Part shown: positions 7,602-18,000 of the stretch, piece by piece
How the letters are laid out: the number at the start of each line of letters is the position of its first letter
How positions within the stretch are numbered: the stretch's first letter is position 1
IMG/VR virus record: IMGVR_UViG_3300032087_004222
DNA length: 20,000 nucleotides
From: an uncultured virus (IMG/VR IMGVR_UViG_3300032087_004222)
Lineage: Duplodnaviria; Heunggongvirae; Uroviricota; Caudoviricetes
Reading direction: 5' to 3' (one strand)
Notes under the pieces: model-generated
What the model saw: only the letters and a program-made list of their open reading frames with translations
The model's database searches: none
What the model was told of the DNA's origin: nothing
Translations under genes and position numbers: made by a program

Positions 7602-9167
7602 ATGCCACAAGTATTCAGTCCCGGTGAGCCAGAGACGAGACCGCTCGACCCAGACGCCCTTGTCTACACCACACCACAGAAGGTCGCTGACCTCCTTGAG
7701 ATCGGCCCACAGGACGCTGTAGCGGTGAGCGCAGATTCAGAGAGCACTGGGGTTTTCGTGTCTGGGGCGAACTATCGCAGCATCGGGTTCGCTGTGGGAG
7801 ACACGCTACTCATCTACAGCGATGCCGACCCGCTCGGTCTGGAGCGGACCATCACGGCCATCACATCGACGATCAATGGCGTCAGGCTCGGTTTCACGTC
7901 ATCCATAACGGCGGCGGACTACCAGAGCGCTGACAACACCTACGTCCAGAACACGGCGTCCTTCACCAATGGTAGGACGAGGGGCGTCACGTATGACAAG
8001 GTCAAGCAACTCATCCTCCGTGCGCAGGACAGGATAGACAACATGACGCACAACTCATGGCGACCGAACCTCGTCGCTGCGGAGTACATCAACTTCGACA
8101 CGTACAAGCCATACAGGCGACGATACTACACTGACTACGTCGGCACCACACCACTCCTCTTCCGCAACGTACAGCAGATGCTCCGCATCGAGTTGTGGCA
8201 GGGTGACGACTACAGGGAGATAGGGGCGTCCGAGGCTCGCATCAAGATCCCAGACGACCCACGATCCCTATCAGGCTCCATCGTCATGTCTCCCGGCAAT
8301 GGGAGCGCCGCTACGCTGACGATAGGGACGTCAACCACACAATGGAGGGCAGACTTCGACAAGATAACCACTGCCCAGAACCTCGCTGACCTAATCAACA
8401 AGGAGGACAGGGTGAGCAAGGCAGCCGTCGACTTTTCACCAGCCTTCACCCTCGAGGGAAGTACTTCCAACGTAGCAGTACACAACGAGTTCCTAGCGAC
8501 AGCGAACTCCGACTACGGCAGCGGTCAGGTCAAGATCACGAGCATGAGATCCACACAGGCTGGTGAGTCGTGCAGCATCGTGGTGACGGACAGCAACATC
8601 ACCATAGAGCAAGTGGACACGAAGACCGCCACGTTCAGCAGCCTTGACAGCACGACGATCACCGTGGACAGCACAAGCGGCTTCTCTGACGCAGGTGTCG
8701 TCGTCGACGCCAGTGGTGACGTCTTCAGGTACACTGGAAAGACGGCCACTACCTTCACCGGCTGTGCGATCGTGGTTGGATCTGCGCTCTCTGACATAGC
8801 AGGGACACTCACACAGAACCTCATGCAGGTCGACCTACAGGGTGGTAGCGCGAGTGGTGACAGGGGCAGGCTACGTGACTACTGGCTCGACCACGAGATG
8901 GGCATCATCTACTTCAACAACTCATACCCATTCTTCGAGTGGAACGCCGTGAAGGTGGCGTACATCTACGGTGAGAGGTACTTGGAGAAGGCCATCGAGG
9001 ACATCTGCACCAAGATGGTGGCCATCGAGTTGCTGCTCAGCGACGACAGGAGCGTCCTCATACCAGAGGGCTCCCAGAACGTGGACCTAGCATCCAAGAT
9101 CCAACTCTACCGTCAGGACATCGATAGGACACTACCACGGTACATCGAGGTGGTCGCCTTTGAGTAG
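7602..9167 (+). CDS. Head-tail adaptor/connector (HK97 gp6/SPP1 gp15-like core) expanded by inserted beta domains
   Basis: Adaptor-like segments YTTPQKVADLL, LILRAQDRIDNMT and DYWLDHEMGIIYF...VKVAYIYG...AIEDICTKMVAIELL, separated by Thr/Ser-rich beta inserts. Located between head and tail genes. Confidence 0.65.
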   Translation: MPQVFSPGEPETRPLDPDALVYTTPQKVADLLEIGPQDAVAVSADSESTGVFVSGANYRSIGFAVGDTLLIYSDADPLGLERTITAITSTINGVRLGFTSSITAADYQSADNTYVQNTASFTNGRTRGVTYDKVKQLILRAQDRIDNMTHNSWRPNLVAAEYINFDTYKPYRRRYYTDYVGTTPLLFRNVQQMLRIELWQGDDYREIGASEARIKIPDDPRSLSGSIVMSPGNGSAATLTIGTSTTQWRADFDKITTAQNLADLINKEDRVSKAAVDFSPAFTLEGSTSNVAVHNEFLATANSDYGSGQVKITSMRSTQAGESCSIVVTDSNITIEQVDTKTATFSSLDSTTITVDSTSGFSDAGVVVDASGDVFRYTGKTATTFTGCAIVVGSALSDIAGTLTQNLMQVDLQGGSASGDRGRLRDYWLDHEMGIIYFNNSYPFFEWNAVKVAYIYGERYLEKAIEDICTKMVAIELLLSDDRSVLIPEGSQNVDLASKIQLYRQDIDRTLPRYIEVVAFE

Positions 9168-9534
9168 ACCGTCGTTCGAGACGAAACTGCTGCTCAAGCA
9201 AGTCACTGAACACTTCAAGGCCAACGACGAACTGCAGAAGGAACTACGTGGGGCATTCTCACAGACGCCCCAGCCCCAGAGGGAGAGGATAGAGCAGGAG
9301 GAGAGGGAACTGTCCGCCATACCGGACGGGGAGCCAATGGACGAGGGTACGCTCTCTAGGGTGGAGTCACGAATGGTCACGGAGAACCCACTCTACTACG
9401 ACTATGACCTCGACCTCAAGGGAGGGGCGATAGTGCCCGACACCCAGTCGTACCTAAGAAAGGTGGAGGACAACAGCGCCATACGCGCATTCGAGAGAAC
9501 GGTGGTGAGGACCCGTGGTCGCAACATACAGTGA
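9160..9534 (+). CDS. Hypothetical neck-region protein (124 aa)
   Basis: TTG start with GAGGTGG RBS (9147-9153); overlaps both neighbours as expected for translational coupling. Confidence 0.55.
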   Translation: MSRPSFETKLLLKQVTEHFKANDELQKELRGAFSQTPQPQRERIEQEERELSAIPDGEPMDEGTLSRVESRMVTENPLYYDYDLDLKGGAIVPDTQSYLRKVEDNSAIRAFERTVVRTRGRNIQ

Positions 9535-9964
9535 GGGCATCAACCTCGTCCTCGACACGCTCAACGAGAACTGGAACAGGGGCAACACCGACGGCTTCAA
9601 GCCGGTCATCATCGACGTGGCCGACGTCAGCCCCGAGACCGGCAAGCGACTGGACATGAGGAACAGGGACTATGTCATCGTGTTCGAGACGGCACACAAC
9701 GAGGAGACACCGGAACTGCTCTACGACTTCGTCACCACTAGGATAAACATCACACTCGATGCGAGGACCATGAGGAGCCGTCGACACCAGCAGTTGATGG
9801 AGAACGAGATTCGCAGGATCATCCACACCAAGAGGAAGGGGGACGGCACCAACATGGACAGGCTCGTCTACAAGACCCGCACGGATCTCTCCGATAGGAC
9901 CAAATTACTCTTCAGAACCACGTTCCAAGTCGAAGTTGTTATCTTCGCAGAACTCATCCCATAG
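9515..9964 (+). CDS. Putative tail terminator/tail completion protein
   Basis: 149 aa, directly before the tail tube gene, GGTGA RBS at 9504-9508. Helix / beta (RINITLDAR) / helix / terminal beta (FRTTFQVEVV) layout like lambda gpU or SPP1 gp17. Confidence 0.6.
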   Translation: MVATYSEGINLVLDTLNENWNRGNTDGFKPVIIDVADVSPETGKRLDMRNRDYVIVFETAHNEETPELLYDFVTTRINITLDARTMRSRRHQQLMENEIRRIIHTKRKGDGTNMDRLVYKTRTDLSDRTKLLFRTTFQVEVVIFAELIP

Positions 9965-9972
9965 GTGTAGGC

Positions 9973-11958
9973 ATGCCATCGACAGTGTACAAGGGAGACT
10001 TGACCGAAGTCACATTCGGTCACGAGACGGGTGTGGTCCTTCCACATGGGTACGCTGGCTCGTTCAAGTTCATCGCCAAGGCAGCGAGCCGCGATCTCGT
10101 CAAGGACACTAGCGTCGTCACCTTCAGTGGTGGGGACTCCTCCACCCCCGTCAACAGTGGCCTACTCGCGTTCCCAGTCGGCATGCTCGTCGGCTCCAAG
10201 GTCGTGTTCAAGATCAAGAGCACCAGCCCCAACTTCAGCACGGATGACGACTACTCCGTCTCTGGTCGCACCTACACCATCATCAAGCATGCTGTCGCGA
10301 CTGGTGTGACGGAACTGACCATCACACCTGCCTTGAGGACGGACCACTCCACCGCGAAGGAGTCGAAGACGAATGACGTCATGGAGATCCTACCCTTCTC
10401 AACACCATCGATGGACGTGTCGATGACCTACGACGCGACCGCTTCCAGCAGTGCAGAGCGAGTCCTGACGGACCAGTTCGTAGGCCTCGTCAACACGATA
10501 TCACTACCAGAGACGAGGGTCGACCTCAAGAGGTACCACGTCGTTGGGCTAGGTCGTGACGTCGCCGTTCAGGTTCCGGGCAGGTTCCTCAACACGGGTG
10601 GTAGTTTCGAGTCCAACATGCACAACGCTAGATGGATGTACTACTGCCTCGGGCATGAGGCCACATACGCCACAGGAGACACTCTCAACACAGGTGGTGC
10701 CACATTCCTGACCAATGGTGTCATATCACAGGGTGAATCCTCGTTCCTATACGATGGAGGATCAGCCGCCCCTACTATCAACAGCGTCGACATAGGAGTT
10801 GGTGACTACGTCATCATCAATGACTCCAACACCACCGACATCAAGACCTACAGGGAGACCGCAAGTGACGGCACGTGGCCCACCAACGGAGCCAACTCGA
10901 TACTGAGCAAGGCCATCAAGCAAGAGATACGGAGGATCGTAGCCATATCTGACTCCTCTGGCTCAGGTAGGATATGGGTCGATGACCCCCTGAACTTCTC
11001 TCACGCCGATGACACCAGCATCAAGTTCGTCAGGTACGAGTCCGACAGCAGCAGGGGCAGCCCCCACATGACCACTACGAACACTGACTACGGACTGATA
11101 ACGAACCCAGTCGAGCGCATATTGTTCTCACGCACGAACATCCCATCGTTCGCCATGGAGGTCAGCGTGAGGAGGAGGGACACTGACAGCAACGAGGGGA
11201 CGACCGATGGGTCGAACAGCGACTCCAAGCAACTCACACGCGTCTTCCGTGGGTGCAAGGTGACCAGTTTCAACCTCACAGCGGACACCGATGCGGCACT
11301 GAGGCTGACCGTCGACTTCGACTCAGCGCTCGTCTACACCGACACTGGTAGGCTCGAGGGAACCAAGGGCGACAGGTACGACACACACAGGCTCTTCGAG
11401 GACACCGCCAACACCGAGGTGAAGAGGAAGGAGTCAGGCATCGCCAAGAGGACCCAGAAGCCGTTCATGTTCTACAACGGAACTATTACAGTGGCAGGAG
11501 TACAGGTTGGTCAAGTCGTCAGTTTCAACCTCAATGGTAGCACTGGCGTCCAGCAGTACTACACCGTCAATGGTGCGAACGTCGCTGACTCCGAGACGGA
11601 CCAAGTCCCCTTCGCTGGCACACGCAACCCATCCCTCGCAGTCGAGGGGAAGACGGAGTACGACTTGGAGATGGAGATCATCGTCGACGACCCGGTCTTC
11701 TACCACAAGATGAGGAGGGCAGTGGACCACTACGACGATGACACCAGCGACGCCGTGGACAACGACATGATACGCCTCTCGTTCACCAAGCAGGGGGCAG
11801 GTGCCACGAGGGAGTCAATCGACATCGTGATGGATGACTACTTCATCGTAGAGGCACCGTTGCCCATACCAGAGGACAAGGGGCCCCTACGGTCCACCCT
11901 GAAGATACTTCCAAAGACGGTACACGTCATAGCAAAGGACACGCTGATGCACAGTTGA
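9973..11958 (+). CDS. Major tail tube protein (non-contractile; probably a duplicated tube fold with inserted accessory domains)
   Basis: Tube-like segments RYHVVGLGRDVAVQVPGRF..GGSFE, RVFRGCKVTSFNL...LTVDF and KPFMFYNGTITVAG..V.SFNL. Lies between the terminator and the chaperone/tape measure genes. No sheath motifs seen. Confidence 0.7.
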   Translation: MPSTVYKGDLTEVTFGHETGVVLPHGYAGSFKFIAKAASRDLVKDTSVVTFSGGDSSTPVNSGLLAFPVGMLVGSKVVFKIKSTSPNFSTDDDYSVSGRTYTIIKHAVATGVTELTITPALRTDHSTAKESKTNDVMEILPFSTPSMDVSMTYDATASSSAERVLTDQFVGLVNTISLPETRVDLKRYHVVGLGRDVAVQVPGRFLNTGGSFESNMHNARWMYYCLGHEATYATGDTLNTGGATFLTNGVISQGESSFLYDGGSAAPTINSVDIGVGDYVIINDSNTTDIKTYRETASDGTWPTNGANSILSKAIKQEIRRIVAISDSSGSGRIWVDDPLNFSHADDTSIKFVRYESDSSRGSPHMTTTNTDYGLITNPVERILFSRTNIPSFAMEVSVRRRDTDSNEGTTDGSNSDSKQLTRVFRGCKVTSFNLTADTDAALRLTVDFDSALVYTDTGRLEGTKGDRYDTHRLFEDTANTEVKRKESGIAKRTQKPFMFYNGTITVAGVQVGQVVSFNLNGSTGVQQYYTVNGANVADSETDQVPFAGTRNPSLAVEGKTEYDLEMEIIVDDPVFYHKMRRAVDHYDDDTSDAVDNDMIRLSFTKQGAGATRESIDIVMDDYFIVEAPLPIPEDKGPLRSTLKILPKTVHVIAKDTLMHS

Positions 11959-11967
11959 GGGACGAGG

Positions 11968-12642
<675 letters not shown>

Positions 12643-12932
12643 AAGACGACATGAGATACAAGTGGACCCCAGTGACCCTGATACGGTCATGGAGATATGG
12701 GTCCGAGACATGACGTTCTTCGACGTACAGCGAGCAGCACAGAAGATGTTCATCGTCGAGAAGGGCAACATATCGTTCGACCTCGACGCCTACTGGCGCT
12801 ACGCCTTCGACAACTTCGTCACACGCACGAACCCACACCTATCCTCAGATGAGATGCTGAACCTCTCTGCCTACATAGGCGAGCAGATCAGCGCCCATCT
12901 TCCGAAGCCCACTGAGTTGGCGGAGGCGATAC

Positions 12933-12943
12933 AGGGGGATTTT
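12933..12943 (+). other. Candidate -1 programmed ribosomal frameshift site (A GGG GGA TTT T; heptamer G GAT TTT at 12937-12943)
   Basis: The next ORF is in the -1 frame, and that frame is open from 12916 through the site. Classical location for the G/GT frameshift. Confidence 0.55.
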
Positions 12944-12957
12944 ACCAAGGCGAGCAG

Positions 12958-13239
12958 GTGAGGGTGCAGAGGTTCCTGTCGAGCGGCAAGGTCGAGACGA
13001 CAGAGGACATCTCACTGCAAACTCAACTGTTCGCCTACATCGTGGCCAAGCACTATGGTATATCGCTGACAGAGGTATTGAATATGGAGAGGGGCGTGTT
13101 CAAACAATCACTCGTCTGGGCCATGGCGGTCGATGACGAGCAGGGCAAGGAGAGGAAACGCGTGAACATGCAAGAGAGAACAGGAAACGAAACCATAACA
13201 CTTGACTACTCCTTCCTACAGATGGAGGATGGGTTCTGA
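12958..13239 (+). CDS. Tail assembly chaperone C-terminal extension (gpT-like), probably expressed as a frameshift fusion
   Basis: AYIVAKHYGISLTEVLNM resembles the gpT-type 'la..lg.s..e...m' motif; no well-spaced RBS of its own. Confidence 0.6.
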   Translation: MRVQRFLSSGKVETTEDISLQTQLFAYIVAKHYGISLTEVLNMERGVFKQSLVWAMAVDDEQGKERKRVNMQERTGNETITLDYSFLQMEDGF

Positions 13240-13808
13240 TGGTGCTGCCGATAGTCAATGCCATGCAGTCCCTCCAGAGCCTGCTCACCAGCCTCTCTGG
13301 TGGTCTGTCGAGCATCACTGGCGCGATCAGCGGGATAGGCAGCGCCTTCTCAGGTGTGTTCAGTGGCCTCGGTGAGATGGCCTCCAATGCCTTCGGTGAG
13401 ATAACCGACAAGATCGGGGACGTGAAGGGGGACATCGAAGAGGGACTAGGCTCGGCGTTCAACTTCCTCAAGGGTAAGTTCGACGGCATCTTCGACAAGA
13501 AGAAGGTCGAGGAGGCGATGGCACCGATATCGCAATTCACAACTGCTCAGCAGGTGTCCGATGCTGGTTATGCGGATGCCATAATCAGGGGCAAGGTACA
13601 GCAGGAGCAACTCGCCGCGAGCGCAGCGTCCAAGCAGCAGGCTGCTGACGTCGCTGCCATCCAGCAGGGCTCGGTCAACGTCACCGTGAACGCAGGTGGG
13701 TTGACGGACAGGACGGACAAGAAGCAGTTCGCCCTCGAGATAGGCAACGAGATCCAGAGGGAGTTGGCTAGGTACAACGCCGGTCTGACGAGGGCACCGA
13801 GGTTATAG
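13239..13808 (+). CDS. Very short tape measure-like protein (189 aa)
   Basis: Follows the chaperone pair via a TGATG overlap. Approx. 11-residue amphipathic G/S/A/F periodicity (GLSSITGAISG IGSAFSGVFSG LGEMASNAFGE) and a typical C-terminal 'VNVTVNAGG...helix' end. Confidence 0.65.
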   Translation: MVLPIVNAMQSLQSLLTSLSGGLSSITGAISGIGSAFSGVFSGLGEMASNAFGEITDKIGDVKGDIEEGLGSAFNFLKGKFDGIFDKKKVEEAMAPISQFTTAQQVSDAGYADAIIRGKVQQEQLAASAASKQQAADVAAIQQGSVNVTVNAGGLTDRTDKKQFALEIGNEIQRELARYNAGLTRAPRL

Positions 13809-13810
13809 AC

Positions 13811-15031
13811 ATGGCGACAGCGAACGGATCACCAATCAGGCTCGTACAGGACAACGGCAACCTCATCGAACTCGACGCCACCGGCATCACCTTCACGGTC
13901 GACAGAGGCGTGACCCCACACTCCCTACCTGCGCTCGGTGGTAGGAGATACAGCATAGACCTCAACAAGAACAAGTCACTCATCGTCGTAGAGGGGGTGT
14001 TCACGGATGACAAGCAGGAGAGTGGGGCAAAGAGAGCGTCCGGCCTTGTCGACTTCTCGGTGTCACAGACGGGCGTGAACACTGGCGACTTCAATCACGT
14101 CTTCACCACCAACGACAACATCGACAACCTCCTGCTCAACACCAACAACAGATTCAGGCTCAGGAACTCCGCTGGAGACTACTTCAGCCTCTACTTCGAG
14201 GAGACTGCTGGCACACCGGGGTACAACACGGTGACCGACAAACTCCGCATAAAGAACACCAGTGGCACCCGAATCACAGCAGTGCAGTTCACGCAAGGCG
14301 TCGCTGACTGGATAAACAACGACGTGACGGACATCTCAGCGACTGTGGTGAACAGCCTGATCAACCAGAACTCACGTGGTACCAACAGTGCTCTGAGGAT
14401 AACTCAGGACACCGCTGGCACCGCTGGCAACCACTCCGCCTACCCTGAGTTCCTGTTCCTCAATAGCGGTGCCTACAACGGGAGGAAGAGGAGCCCACAC
14501 GTGGAGGGCTTCAGCGGTGGTGTCGATGCCACGGCCAAGAGCGCCGGTGACAAGGTCATGGACCTCTATGGGGTCATGAACAACTCAAGTAGACAGGCAC
14601 CATTGGCCGGTTTTAGTGGAGCAGTTGCTTCAGGAATAGGAGGGGGAGGATTGCTCGCTGCTGCGTCTTTGGCAACACCCCTTGTCGCTTTGGCTGGTGC
14701 TGCTTTTGTCGTTGGTGGAGGTATAGCACTCAACAGTGCCAGTGCTGATGGTGACTACATCATCGGCATCCAGATACCCTACAACTCCAAGATACAGGCT
14801 GATGGTGACACCTACGTCGCTCGGAACTTCTTCATGCCGACAGGGCTCAACAAGAAGGCTGAGGACAAGGGTAGTGAGGCGAACACCCTACCTGCCAGCA
14901 CGAAGTTCAGCACCGGTGACGAGTACACTGGAATACAGGGCACTGTGACGAAGATGGACATCTTCTACGACGCAGGTGCCACGGTCTACGGGTTCAGGAT
15001 GGACTTCTCACCTGCTGACAACATGATCTGA
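13811..15031 (+). CDS. Distal tail/baseplate hub-like protein with inserted domain(s) and a hydrophobic Gly/Ala-rich segment
   Basis: Follows the tape measure gene. N-terminal VDRGVTPHSLPALGG...IDL...IVVEGVF and C-terminal GTVTKMDIFYDAGATVYGFRMDF resemble the Dit/tube-like hub fold. Confidence 0.55.
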   Translation: MATANGSPIRLVQDNGNLIELDATGITFTVDRGVTPHSLPALGGRRYSIDLNKNKSLIVVEGVFTDDKQESGAKRASGLVDFSVSQTGVNTGDFNHVFTTNDNIDNLLLNTNNRFRLRNSAGDYFSLYFEETAGTPGYNTVTDKLRIKNTSGTRITAVQFTQGVADWINNDVTDISATVVNSLINQNSRGTNSALRITQDTAGTAGNHSAYPEFLFLNSGAYNGRKRSPHVEGFSGGVDATAKSAGDKVMDLYGVMNNSSRQAPLAGFSGAVASGIGGGGLLAAASLATPLVALAGAAFVVGGGIALNSASADGDYIIGIQIPYNSKIQADGDTYVARNFFMPTGLNKKAEDKGSEANTLPASTKFSTGDEYTGIQGTVTKMDIFYDAGATVYGFRMDFSPADNMI

Positions 15032-15042
15032 GTGGTGAAGAG

Positions 15043-18000
15043 ATGGCTGTGTTGGGGAGGACGAATCACGCGTTCCTCTTCGATGGCGTCAGCGACAGCA
15101 TCATCATACCACAGGGCAGGCACACCAAACTCGGTGACCTGACGCCTGATGGCAAGACCATGTCCACCCTGCTCTCGAGCAACCCGAGCGGCTCCCAGAC
15201 ATCCACGTTGACGAGCGGCCTCTTCGGCAACCAGTTCTGCATAGAGGCTTGGGTGCAACCGGACTGCGGTGGTGTGATCGTCCAGAAGGAGAACCAGTTC
15301 TCACTGAGCATCGGCAACGTCGACACACCGGGACCAGCGGTCTTCACCGTCACACTCAGCAGGCCCACTGGCGTCGAGGTCGTCAGGCTGAGCACAGCCG
15401 TCGAGGAGGACAATGGGTATGACGGGACCGTCTACCCACCATCCACCTTCGGTGGACCACACGACTCCTACAACCGCTTCAACTCGTCATATGACGATGC
15501 GACCTCACTCAACGTCAACCACAGGCCACTGATACACGTCGTAGCAGCCCTACGGAAGAACGACGCAGTGCTCTACATCAATGGTGAGTTGATGGTCCAG
15601 AGGACGCTCAGGGACAGCGACTTCACACTCAACAAGAGCGACCACCACATCTTCGTGGGTGGTAAGGGAGGTCAGTTCAGGGGCATCATGGAGGGGCTGC
15701 ACCTCTCCAACAGGTTCACAGACGCGCTGATCAACAGGAACGCGCCGCTCGTCGATGACAACACCCTCGTGCTCTACAGGTTCGAGGAGCCAATCGCACC
15801 CGTTCAGGGATCGTTCGAGATCAACCCCACCTTCAGCACCGTGAGCGGCCTCACCAAGATACTGTTCGCCACAGCGTCGGACGCCGCCTCACTGGCAACC
15901 ACACTCACTGGGAAGACGGTGACGTCGGGGACCGTCGACTTCACGGCATCACCATACTCGATGGGCAACTACAAGGTCTTCGACGCACATACGACACCCG
16001 GCACGACGACGACCAGAGACGTCGCACACGTCCCCTACAACCTCCTCATCAACGCGGGCTCCGTCAACCCGAAGACGAAGAAGCCCAACCAGAAGCCACC
16101 AGAGAGGGTCAGGCTGCACTCTATCAACGACATAGACAGCACACCCTACATGCTCGTCTCGAGCATACACATAGACTTCGTCAACGGTGACGCTAACGGT
16201 CTGAGGACCACACTACACACGAGGACGGACGACGTCGACGACTTCTTCGTGGTGGTGGGCTCTGACCTATTGATTGACAGTGGTACGGGTAGCCCGTACC
16301 AACCACTGCACTACTCCACCCAGATGATAGACAGGACCGGTCAGATGATCATCGACGAGGGGCCGTACGACAACCACGGCATCGTCTACTCCAGTAGGAT
16401 GTCAACGACCGACGTCGACACCAACAACCCGTTCGCCGTCGCGTGGGACACCAGTGCCATCGACGAGAAGTTCAAGATCGGCCACAGCGGTAGGCACTCG
16501 CTGAACCACGTCGATGGCCACCCGTTCCTACGCATGCTCCCAGACCCCAGCGAGGAGATCATCAACCAGACGATAGACGCTGGAGTCGACACCATCGACG
16601 TCTACTACGATGCTGCCTTAAAAGGGGTAGAGGACCAGATAGGCATCAACACTAGAGTAGATATCCTCCAGAACACAGGTGACTTCACCATCAACAAAAT
16701 TACTAGCACCAGCGAAGTAAATACGATAGTGGGGAACGGGCTGCCCACTGGCAGCAGGGAGATCATCGCCATAGGCGGCAGCGCACTCGACATCCTGCCC
16801 TTCATGCTCAGGGGGCCAGTGCCCACTGAACTTCCCTCAGCGGCTGCTGACATAGACAGCGAGACGAGGAGGTACCATCTCAGGCCCAGCAGGAACTCGA
16901 GGGTGGCCATACTCCACGTGCCCACACTGTCATCCTCCAACCTCGCGCCCTTCGTCGAGGTCCACTACAACGCCATCGACATCAGTGGCAAGTCGATGGA
17001 GGCCACTGGTGAGTCTGGGACAGCGACCCCATACCTCATGGTCGAGAAGACCGTGCCTGCTGGCGTCACCCCGGTCGGTGGGGGCAGCACCGTCTACGAC
17101 ATCATCAACACGGCCATCGGTAGTGGCAACCTCACGCTCCACGCGCCCGGTGGGTACATCGAGGTCGCCATGAGCAACTCCGACTTCAACAGCGTCGTCT
17201 CCAAGCCGAACTCCCTCATCGGCGACACGAGCGAGGGGTACGAGTCGGACGACGAGTTGGACGAGAGGTTCACCCCATTCTCAGACGGTGTCGCCAACTA
17301 CACACCGAGGAGCGACTCGTCCGCCCAACCGAACACCCCTCCCAAGATCGTCACAGCGAGCCACACCACCAGCGACGATCACGAGAGCGTCTTCCACCGC
17401 ATGCTCATCAACACCGTGTCGAACAGCAAGCAGAATACGCTGACTGACAAGACCATCTACTCGAGGAGAGAGCCATCCACGGTGGTATCAAGCCCGTCGG
17501 ACGGGGAGTTCGACAGCGGTAGCACGTCGAGCAACACCCACATCCACGAGTTGTTCGACGTCATCGACAACCACCCCATCACCGAGAGCCATACTTCCAA
17601 CATGAGAATATACCTCCAGCCCAGTGACCGCAGGAGAACCAACCAGATGACGCACCTACGCAGCACACTGGACGAGGGTGCCGAGCCCAACGTCACGACC
17701 CTCCTCTACCACATGAGCAGGGCGAGGGTGCGGTCCGTCGAGGAGAGGGAGAGCAACGGGGTCAAGAGCACGGTCATCCAGTGCCGTGGACTCAGCGAGG
17801 CGGCAGTCAGCAGGACCGTCTCCAAGACCGGCACAGGCAGCCCAGACTCTCACATCGTCAAGGAGATAGAGCCCAACGCACCAGTGGTCACCGTCACGCT
17901 CGGTGGGCCCGGTCAGGGCGCATCCGACATCAAGCCTACATACGACCCCAGCCCACTCTCCCGCCTTCCCTTCTCCACACAGAGGGGGTACCACGTCAGG

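Noticed and set aside
9973..11958. 661-aa protein as a contractile tail sheath
   Set aside because: The size fits, but no sheath motifs were recognised, no separate tube gene follows, and the sequence has tube-like beta patterns.
13239..13808. Tape measure pseudogene or fragment
   Set aside because: It has a coupled start (TGATG), an intact typical C-terminus and a next gene starting 2 nt after the stop; no leftover fragments are visible. A read-level check is still advisable.
14597..16735. Compositionally odd patches as diversity-generating retroelement variable regions
   Set aside because: No reverse transcriptase or template repeat is visible in the window, and the patches are not at C-termini.
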